Origin: a candidate division FCPU426 bacterium
GTDB lineage: Bacteria > Oederibacteriota > Muellerivitia > Muellerivitales > Muellerivitaceae
Assembly: GCA_963771075.1 (NCBI GenBank)
Contig: CAVYSE010000014.1
Location: 1 to 64,000 of the forward strand
Direction: 5' to 3'
Length of the DNA stretch: 64,000 nt
In this document: piece by piece, positions 56,664 to 64,000 of the stretch
Position numbering within the stretch: position 1 is the first letter of the stretch
How the letters are laid out: each line of letters starts with the position of its first letter
Program-made: the position numbers and the translations under genes
The notes under the pieces: model-generated
The model's database searches: none
What the model saw: only the letters and a program-made list of their open reading frames with translations
What the model was told of the DNA's origin: nothing

Positions 56664-57446
56664 TTACCGGTTCCTGAACAACTTTTCGAAAAATTCCTTC
56701 ATCGCCTTCCAGGACTTCTCATCAGCCGAAGGGTTATAAAGCGCTCCCTTCAATTGACCCTTAGCGTCCGGATTGGTAAAGCTATGCTGGGCTCCAGGAT
56801 AGGTAATGATTTGATAATCCACTCCTGCGGCCTTCATTTCTTTCTCAAAAGCCGGAACCGAGGATAGGGTGAAGCTATCCGCCCCGCCCTGGTTGATGAG
56901 CACCTTCGCTTTGATGTTTTTTGTGTCCAGTGGCGAAGGGTTATCCAATCCTCCATGAAAAGTCACAATCCCCTTAACAGGGGCCCCGCTTCGGCCCAGC
57001 TCAAGGACCGCGGCCCCGCCAAAACAATAACCGATAGCCCCCAACTTGTCCTGATCTACCATTGTGTTGTTTTGAAGCTGGGCGAGCCCGGCATTGACAC
57101 GTTCGCGAAAAAGCTTCCTGTTTTTATAATAGATCCCGGAGGTCGCCGTACAATCCTCAACCTTTTCGGGTCTTATATCCTTGCCATATATATCCGCCGC
57201 GAAAGCCACGTAACCCAATTGGGCCAAATGGTCGGCCTTTGACTTCGCGAATTTTCCCAACCCAGTCCATTCATGAACCACAAGGATTCCTGGTCTTTTC
57301 CCCTGAAAGGAATCATCGTAGGCAAGGTAACCTTCCAAAGCGGCGTCGCCATCTTTATATTCCACGGTTTGGGTATTCAATTTGGCTAGGACGGGACAAC
57401 CCGTCATCAGCAGCAACCAACTCAAAACCACAAATTTAATTTTCAT
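56664..57446 (-). CDS. Dienelactone hydrolase family protein, secreted
   Basis: VHEWTGL, IGYCFGG, FHG, YPGAQHSFTNP. Confidence 0.93.
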   Translation of the reverse strand: MKIKFVVLSWLLLMTGCPVLAKLNTQTVEYKDGDAALEGYLAYDDSFQGKRPGILVVHEWTGLGKFAKSKADHLAQLGYVAFAADIYGKDIRPEKVEDCTATSGIYYKNRKLFRERVNAGLAQLQNNTMVDQDKLGAIGYCFGGAAVLELGRSGAPVKGIVTFHGGLDNPSPLDTKNIKAKVLINQGGADSFTLSSVPAFEKEMKAAGVDYQIITYPGAQHSFTNPDAKGQLKGALYNPSADEKSWKAMKEFFEKLFRNR

Positions 57447-57756
57447 TCTTATTCCTTCCTAATTTGAGATGCACCTTATATATGGGAGTCTCCCCTCAAA
57501 AAACAAGGTTCGGATTTACTTTCGAGATGGATAATCTTCAAGTTTCATGGTTGAGGACGGCCCGCGCCAATCGCACAACCTTTGTAATTTCTCATGAGAA
57601 AGCTGACAGTCCGGGTCAGCGGGGGTATCATAGGGGTGATTCCTCTTGGCCTTCTTTGAGGTTCAAAGGGGGGAACAAGAGCGTTTTATGTTGACAACCA
57701 TTTTTTAGTTTTTGCACTGGGGAATCGAACAATATCTCATCGCCGGGGAGGAATCC

Positions 57757-58224
57757 ATGGCTATTCGGAAAGAAGCGAAAGTTTCTACTTTTTTGAAGGA
57801 AGTCAATTTATTTGATGGATTGGAAAGCAAAGTCATCAACGAGATATTTAAAATCGGCATGGTTCAGAATTTCAAAAAAGGCGATTTGATCGTTCGGGAA
57901 GAACAACCCAGCGGATGTCTTTATATCCTCATTACCGGAAAAGCAGAGGTTCTAATTTCGCACAAAGGGAAACCCCAGAAAAAAGCCTTAGCGAAACTCA
58001 ACCGCGGTTCGGTCATCGGGGAGATGAGCATATTCGACGGGGCTCCTGCTTCCGCAACGGTTCGAGCACTTGAAGATTGCGATGTACACATCATAAGGGG
58101 TTCGGATTTTGACGCTTTCCTCAAGAAAAACCCCAGCTCCGCTTACCTGATCATGAAGTCTCTGATTTTATCCCTCTCCAACCGGTTACGACGTACCAAC
58201 TTGGCCCTTTCCCTCATTGCCTGA
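57757..58224 (+). CDS. Stand-alone cyclic nucleotide-binding domain protein
   Basis: GGAGG RBS; F.KGD.I..E..LYILITG..GEMSIFDGAPASATVRALEDC; no HTH. Confidence 0.88.
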   Translation: MAIRKEAKVSTFLKEVNLFDGLESKVINEIFKIGMVQNFKKGDLIVREEQPSGCLYILITGKAEVLISHKGKPQKKALAKLNRGSVIGEMSIFDGAPASATVRALEDCDVHIIRGSDFDAFLKKNPSSAYLIMKSLILSLSNRLRRTNLALSLIA

Positions 58225-58344
58225 AAATGGGTCCCGCGCTAAAACGCGGGGCTTCATTCCCACTTCTCTTTAGCGATTTACCAAGAAATTCATCTTATGG
58301 TCGTTCATTATAAAACAACAAAACAACCAAGGTTTTTGGATTGA

Positions 58345-59362
58345 TCAACGAATGACGAGAAGTTTACCGATTGTCTTGGCGCCGTTGACTGTCACCACCG
58401 CATAGTAAAGACCATTGGCCAGCGGATTCCCTCCCCGGCCCGTCAGGTTGACGTTAACGCTCGTTCCCGAGGGTATGGAATAGAAGGTCTCATCCACTAC
58501 CTTTCGATAATTCACCGTGAAGATCTCCACCCTCACCGTCGAGATTCCCGTGTAACTGGGCGGAAGCACATTTACCGTCGGTCCCGTCACCGGGTTGGGA
58601 TAAAGGATTGGTATCTTCTGGGGTACCGGCGTTTGCGTAAAGGTCGGGGTAATCGTTCTAGTCGTGGTGGCCGAGATCGTCCAGGTGGAGGTCGCGGTCC
58701 ATGTCACCGAGGGGGTCAACGTCGGTGTGGCGGTATAGGTATAGGTGTTGGTAGGTGTGGAGGTTTGGGTGGGCGTGGACGTGGCTTGCTGGCAGTTCAC
58801 GGTGTTGCCCGAAACCGGCAATCCCGTGATCGACACCGGCTGTCCTCCATTATTCGTACTGGTTCCCGTCAACCCACTGACGGAGAAATCATAGGTGCCA
58901 AAGGCGGAGGGTGAGAAGTTCACCAATACCTGTACATTGACCGGCGAAGACGAAACCAGGAAATTACCCAGGCTGAGCGTGGCCGTATTGCCGGTGAACC
59001 CGGAGACGGTAGACTGCAGTATTCCGTTCAAATAAACACTGATGGATGTGACATTCGCCGCGTTGCCGCCCAGGTCGCTGACCGTGATATTCGTGAGGTT
59101 GACACCTAATGCGCTTGGATCGCTGAGGTTCGCGGATACTGCCGTGACACCGGCGGACCCGGAAAGAGTATTGAAGGTGGACGAGGTCGAGCTGATATTC
59201 ACAATGGCCGAGGTGGGCGTAGAGCTGGCAGTTGGGGTCGAACTCGCGGTCGGGGTCGGAGTGGCCGTAGGGGTAACGGTCAGTGTGCTGGTCGGCGGAA
59301 CCGCCGTAAAGGTATGGGTATTAGTGAAAACCGGGGTATAGGAAAGCGTCGGGGTATTCGTC
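58345..59362. repeat. ~1 kb highly similar tail repeat; partner 62257-63274 (offset 3912)
   Basis: Near-identical CTD and flanks with a more diverged patch near 58870-59030. Confidence 0.92.
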
Positions 59363-62022
59363 ATCGTGCTTGTACCGGTGGGGCTCAGGGTGATCGTAAA
59401 GGTGCCGGAGGAAGTGGGTGTGGCAGTGGGAGTGAATGAACTCGTCGAGGTGGGAGTCGCGGTAATCGTGTTGCTGAAGGTAGAGGTAGGAGTATGGGTT
59501 GGCGTTCTTGTGGGGGTTTCCGTCAAGGTTTCCGTCGAGCTATAGGTCAGGGTGGCCGTAGCGGTCGAAGTGACGGTAGCGGTTGAGGTTCCCGTATGCG
59601 TAATGGTGGGTGACAAGGTTTCAGTCGGGGATAAAGTGATCGTGGGGCTCAAGGGGAAAGTCGCCGTCGGTGTTCCGCTTTGAGTTGGCGTTCCGGTCAA
59701 AGTTGACGTCCCGGTATGCGTGGAAGTTGTAGAAGCGGTGAAGGTCAGGGTTTGGGTCGAAGTCGGGGAAGCCGTGGAGGTCAAAGTTCCAGTATGGGTG
59801 GCTGTCTGGGTAAAGGTCGAGGTGCGGGTAAATGTGGCTGTGCTGGAGAAGGTCGGGGATAAGGTTGCCGTTGAGGTTGTAGTGGATGAATAGGTAAACG
59901 TATGGGTTACCGTAGCCGTCGTACTCACAGTGGCTGTTGGAGATAGAGTCACGGTCGGGGACAAGGTGATCGTCGGGCTCAAGGGGAAGGTTGCCGTCGA
60001 GGTTCCGGTTTGGGTCGAGGTTTCCGTGACGGTATAGGTTGGGGTGCTCGTGGGAGTCACGGTGCGGGTGGCTGTGGCAGTGACCGTAAAGGTCGAGGTT
60101 CCCGTAGAGGTACGGGTTGTCGTTGGAGACAAGGTATTCGTCGAAGTTAATGGAAGGGTCGCGGTTGCGGTCACCGAGACAGTGGAGGTCATAGTGGAAG
60201 TGGCCGTACCGTTGGCGGTTCGTGTTGCCGTCGGTGTAGCGGTCAGGGTAGCCGTCGGCGACGAGGAAGATGTTGGCGAGAAGGTCAAAGTAAGGGTGAA
60301 GGGGGATGTGGCGGTGGGTGATCCCGTTACGGTTAGGGTACTGGTCAAGGTCATCGTACGGGTCGAAGTGGATGTCATCGTCGCGGTAGGGGTAGGTGTT
60401 GAGGTCACGGTCGAGGTAAAGGTTCGGGTTAGGGTGGAAGTCGCCGTCAAGGTCGAGGAGGCAGTGGGCGTACTCGTGACCGTCGGGGTCGGGGTTGACG
60501 AATTGGACGGTGTCCAGGTGCGCGTGGCGGTCATTGTCGTAGTGGAAGTAAAGGTGCCGGTGGGGGTCAAGGTAATCGTAACGGTCGGGCTCAAGGTGCG
60601 GGTAGACGTCAAAGTGCTTGTATTGGTGGAAGTAAGGGTTCGCGTTACCGTCATTGTAGTTGTGGGGGTAGGGCTGGATGTATTCGTTATCGTGTTAGTC
60701 TTTGTCGGGGTGAATGTCGGAGTCGGGGTACTTGTGAATGTACGCGTAGGGGTCAAGGTGAAAGTCGGTGTACCACCTCCGCCCGAACAATTGGGCGTGG
60801 GAGTTTGATAAAGATCGTTCAACCAGGTCGAAACCGGAACGCCATGCCCGGAGGAAGGGGCAAAACCTGTATAACTGCTCAAAAGCTGAGGTCCGTCATC
60901 CGGGCTAAAGGCCCAGGCTGTAGCGTTGTAAACATAACTTTTATTATTCGCCCCGTCGAGCCAACCGATGAAGGTGTTATCCCACCCCGTGGTGTCCGTG
61001 CTAGAGGGCGGTCCGAATTCCTCGACGTCAACAGGATATGTTGAAGTGATCACCGTCACGTACGGATCCCAGGTCGTCTCACTCGCGGTTCCCTTGTTAC
61101 TGTAAACATGAGCCGTGTACATGACACCATAACCCGAACCCGTATCGGTCAAATTGTAGGCTGTCGTACTTCCCGTTTCTTGACCCACTACCCCCTTCAA
61201 ATCGTAAGCCCATTGCAGTCCGCCGACCAAACAAATATTATTCGCCCCCGCGTTGCGGACGACTGTCAACAGGCCCTGAAGCCCTGGTGTATAAGCGGGC
61301 GTGGACCCTGTCGAACCACCGTTTCTCCAGGTGGCCCAGAAAGTAGTGTCATTTCCAGCCGGGTCATAGGGTTCGTTGTAAAGGTCGAACATCACTGCGG
61401 GATTATTTTGGATTCCGGACGTACCGGCCACTGCAGCCCAAAATGTTTCGGAATTCATGTCCGGCATGGGCTGTTGGGCCGTCGCGGTTCCCCAACCATT
61501 CCCACTGCTGCAGGAGGCGGTGCTAACAGCACTGCTCGAGGTCCCGGACCAATGAAGGTCCAGGTCCAGGTAGACATTGTTGTTCTCGCAATAATTCGCC
61601 ACCGCCAAGACCATAGCCTGGTATGCCGCCTGGTTTTCGCCTGAAGCCTTGGAATTGCCACAACCGCCGAACCAGAAATCCTGGTTGATCGGAAGGCGCA
61701 CCAGGTTGCAATGCCAAACGTTGACCGCCTCGGTGGTGAGCGCGACGTAATCCGTCATGCTGGTCCCATTAATGGTGGTCGTGGGAGCCCCATCCCCATC
61801 TCCCGTCGGGCTGTATTCCATACCGGAAAAATCGACGCCTTTCAGCCGGATTGAACAACCGCTGCTAGCGTTCACGATTTGATTTCCCGAGACTTTAAGT
61901 TGAGGAGAAGTAGCTTTAAGTGGGTTTCCAAATCCAAAATTAAAATAAAAAAGAATTAAAAATACAAAATTCGCTAAAAACGTTTTAAAAGTAGTTCTCA
62001 TGATGCCCCTGCGGTTATTCAT
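58345..62022 (-). CDS. Secreted GH5 (cellulase-family) enzyme + Thr-X stalk + Ig-like domain + CTD tail (alternative start 62001)
   Basis: LKVSGNQI..LKGV, NLVRLP, LDLH, FDLYNEP (acid/base), AHVY, VEEFG (nucleophile), AWAF; tail LYPNP..LANGLYY..KLLVIR. Confidence 0.92.
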   Translation of the reverse strand: MNNRRGIMRTTFKTFLANFVFLILFYFNFGFGNPLKATSPQLKVSGNQIVNASSGCSIRLKGVDFSGMEYSPTGDGDGAPTTTINGTSMTDYVALTTEAVNVWHCNLVRLPINQDFWFGGCGNSKASGENQAAYQAMVLAVANYCENNNVYLDLDLHWSGTSSSAVSTASCSSGNGWGTATAQQPMPDMNSETFWAAVAGTSGIQNNPAVMFDLYNEPYDPAGNDTTFWATWRNGGSTGSTPAYTPGLQGLLTVVRNAGANNICLVGGLQWAYDLKGVVGQETGSTTAYNLTDTGSGYGVMYTAHVYSNKGTASETTWDPYVTVITSTYPVDVEEFGPPSSTDTTGWDNTFIGWLDGANNKSYVYNATAWAFSPDDGPQLLSSYTGFAPSSGHGVPVSTWLNDLYQTPTPNCSGGGGTPTFTLTPTRTFTSTPTPTFTPTKTNTITNTSSPTPTTTMTVTRTLTSTNTSTLTSTRTLSPTVTITLTPTGTFTSTTTMTATRTWTPSNSSTPTPTVTSTPTASSTLTATSTLTRTFTSTVTSTPTPTATMTSTSTRTMTLTSTLTVTGSPTATSPFTLTLTFSPTSSSSPTATLTATPTATRTANGTATSTMTSTVSVTATATLPLTSTNTLSPTTTRTSTGTSTFTVTATATRTVTPTSTPTYTVTETSTQTGTSTATFPLSPTITLSPTVTLSPTATVSTTATVTHTFTYSSTTTSTATLSPTFSSTATFTRTSTFTQTATHTGTLTSTASPTSTQTLTFTASTTSTHTGTSTLTGTPTQSGTPTATFPLSPTITLSPTETLSPTITHTGTSTATVTSTATATLTYSSTETLTETPTRTPTHTPTSTFSNTITATPTSTSSFTPTATPTSSGTFTITLSPTGTSTMTNTPTLSYTPVFTNTHTFTAVPPTSTLTVTPTATPTPTASSTPTASSTPTSAIVNISSTSSTFNTLSGSAGVTAVSANLSDPSALGVNLTNITVSDLGGNAANVTSISVYLNGILQSTVSGFTGNTATLSLGNFLVSSSPVNVQVLVNFSPSAFGTYDFSVSGLTGTSTNNGGQPVSITGLPVSGNTVNCQQATSTPTQTSTPTNTYTYTATPTLTPSVTWTATSTWTISATTTRTITPTFTQTPVPQKIPILYPNPVTGPTVNVLPPSYTGISTVRVEIFTVNYRKVVDETFYSIPSGTSVNVNLTGRGGNPLANGLYYAVVTVNGAKTIGKLLVIR

Positions 62023-62064
62023 AACTTCAATTATGAGTTTAAAATGTAACTTATCCTATAAAAG

Positions 62065-62081
62065 AGCAATTTTTATGCCCT
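62065..62081 (-). promoter_or_regulatory. sigma54 -24/-12 promoter of the GH5 gene
   Basis: AGGGCATAAAAATTGCT = GG-N10-GC, flanked by the inverted repeat AAATGTAAC/GTTACATTT. Confidence 0.75.
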
Positions 62082-62256
62082 TTGTTACATTTAAAATGAA
62101 GAAAAACCCAATATTTTAACGATTTTGGTACCGGTTACACCATTCAATGATTCTCATTAAATTAACTTTTAGTAAAACTTCTAACTATTTGAATAATATT
62201 TTCACAAATCAAAGCAATTTGGTTTGTCTGGATTAATTGATGTTTCTTAAAGAAGG

Positions 62257-64000
62257 TTAACGAATGACGAGAAGTTTACCGATTGTCTTGGCGCCGTTGA
62301 CTGTCACCACCGCATAGTAAAGACCATTAGCCAGTGGATTCCCTCCCCGGCCCGTCAGGTTGACGTTAACGCTCGTTCCCGAGGGCACCGAATAGAAGGT
62401 CTCATCCACTACCTTTCGATAATTCACCGTGAAGATCTCCACCCTCACCGTCGAGATTCCCGTGTAACTGGGCGGAAGCACATTCACCGTCGGTCCAGTC
62501 ACCGGATTGGGATAAAGGATCGGTATCTTTTGGGGTACCGGCGTTTTCGTAAAGGTCGGGGTGATCGTTCCGGTCGTAGTGGCCGAGATCGTCCAGGTGG
62601 AGGTCGCGGTCCATGTCACCGAGGGGGTCAGCGTCGGTGTGGCGGTATAGGTGTAGGTGTGGGTGGGTGTGGAAGTTTGGGTGGGCGTGAACGTGGCTTG
62701 CTGGCAGTTCACCGTATTGCCTGAAACCGGCAGTCCCGTGATCGACACCGGCTGTCCCCCGTTATTCGTACTGGTTCCCGTCAGGCCGCTAATCGAGAAC
62801 TCATAGGTCCCAACCGCCGTACCCGAGAAGTCCACCAGGACCTGCAGGCTGTTGGAGGTAGACGTGATCAAGTCGTTGTTCAGGCTCAGCGTGGCCGTAT
62901 TGCCGGTGAATCCCGGAACAGAAGCCTGCAGTATTCCATTCAAATAAACACTGATGGATGTGACATTCGCTGCGTTGCCGCCCAGGTCGCTGACCGTGAT
63001 ATTCGTGAGGTTGACCCCTAATGCGCTTGGATCGCTGAGGTTCGCGGATACTGCCGTGACACCGGCGGTTCCCGAAAGAGTACTCAAAGTGGATGTGGAC
63101 GAAGTCATGTTCAGGGTCGCCGAAGTGGGCGTGGAACTGGCGGTTGGGGTCGAACTCGCGGTTTGGGTTGGAGTCGCCGTGGGGGTAATGCTCAGTGTGC
63201 TGGTCGGCGGAACCGCCGTAAAGGTATGGGTATTCGTAAAAACCGGGGTATAGGAAAGCGTCGGGGTATTCGTCACCGAACTTGTGGCGGTGGAACTGTT
63301 GGTCACCGTCCAAGTCGGCGTCCATGTCGACGTAAGGGTCGCTGTCGTCGTGGATGTCATGGTTGAGCTCGAAGTGACCGTGGGGGATGCCGTCACGGTC
63401 GGACTAAAGGGAATCGTGGCCGTCAGCGTTCCGGTTGGGGTGGGTGTTCCCGTGGCCGTATCGGTTGTCGTATAGGTCGACGTCGGGGTACGGGTTGGGG
63501 TCAGGGTGGAGGTCAAAGTAGCCGTCAAGGTTTGAGTCGAGGTATCCGTGGGGGGGTGGGTCTGCGTCGCGGTCGATGAAAGGGTGAGGGTCGGGGTCAA
63601 GGTAATGGTCGGGCTCAGCGGGAAGGTGGATGTGGCTGTTTCCGTAAGGGTGGGAGTGCCCGAGGCCGTCGAGGTAGAAGTCGCGGTTGAAGTCCTCGTG
63701 GAGCTTGCCGTCGTAGTCGGGGTCGTAGACGCCGATGAAGTCGCGGTAAAGGTCGAGGTCGGGGTGATCGTCGTCGTCCAGGTCCTCGTTGAGCTAAAGG
63801 TGTTGGTCTCCGTAGAGGTCAACGTAACCGTTGGCGAAAGCGTATTCGTCGCGCTCAACTGCAAAGTGGCCGTCGCGGTCGGAGTCTGGGTCGGTGTTCC
63901 CGTGGCGGTCGGGCTGGATGTGATCGTATTGGTATGGGTCGAGGTAAGAGTCGGGGTAGAGGTGGTTGTGAAGGTTCGGGTCCATGTCCCGGAGGCGGTG
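62257..64000 (-). CDS. 3' part of another Thr-X stalk + Ig + CTD protein; head lies beyond the window
   Basis: The frame stays open from 63864 to 64000 (TASGTWTRTFTTTSTPT..). Tail nearly identical to that of the GH5 gene. Confidence 0.9.
   Translation of the reverse strand, partial: TASGTWTRTFTTTSTPTLTSTHTNTITSSPTATGTPTQTPTATATLQLSATNTLSPTVTLTSTETNTFSSTRTWTTTITPTSTFTATSSASTTPTTTASSTRTSTATSTSTASGTPTLTETATSTFPLSPTITLTPTLTLSSTATQTHPPTDTSTQTLTATLTSTLTPTRTPTSTYTTTDTATGTPTPTGTLTATIPFSPTVTASPTVTSSSTMTSTTTATLTSTWTPTWTVTNSSTATSSVTNTPTLSYTPVFTNTHTFTAVPPTSTLSITPTATPTQTASSTPTASSTPTSATLNMTSSTSTLSTLSGTAGVTAVSANLSDPSALGVNLTNITVSDLGGNAANVTSISVYLNGILQASVPGFTGNTATLSLNNDLITSTSNSLQVLVDFSGTAVGTYEFSISGLTGTSTNNGGQPVSITGLPVSGNTVNCQQATFTPTQTSTPTHTYTYTATPTLTPSVTWTATSTWTISATTTGTITPTFTKTPVPQKIPILYPNPVTGPTVNVLPPSYTGISTVRVEIFTVNYRKVVDETFYSVPSGTSVNVNLTGRGGNPLANGLYYAVVTVNGAKTIGKLLVIR

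Noticed and set aside
57464..57711. ncRNA or small ORF between the divergent DLH and cNMP genes
   Set aside because: No recognisable RNA family, RBS or coding signal by eye

Overview
Bacterial chromosome segment from a diderm organism (TolC, OmpA-like domain, PorV/FadL-type barrel). The style suggests an FCPU426/Goldbacteria-like lineage, but that is inference only. Eight minus-strand genes encode secreted modular proteins: signal peptide, variable head (2x GH8, expansin, GH5, ConA-like/NHL, DUF11 Ig), a Thr-X stalk of tens to about 700 aa, and a FlgD-Ig/T9SS-CTD-like tail. They form four adjacent pairs, each with its own tail type; two pairs share 1-1.9 kb of near-identical tail DNA. Interleaved are four GT-C-type membrane proteins (2x YfhO-like, a double Wzy_C/TPR protein, an ArnT/PMT-like TPR protein) and a PorV-like barrel fused to FlgD-Ig, OmpA and TPR domains. 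Four cargo genes and glnA have sigma54 -24/-12 boxes. Also present: an intact IS4 element with a 9-bp target duplication, a RAYT remnant with nested REPIN-like palindromes flanking a hybrid kinase, aroQ, glnA next to a NifA-like activator, a TolC-MacA-MacB operon, a degenerate class III cyclase, mutY, a dienelactone hydrolase and a cNMP-domain protein. Three genes have G-homopolymer indels that may be phase variation or assembly error. No rRNA, tRNA or CRISPR array was recognised. All identities and domain calls are by eye.
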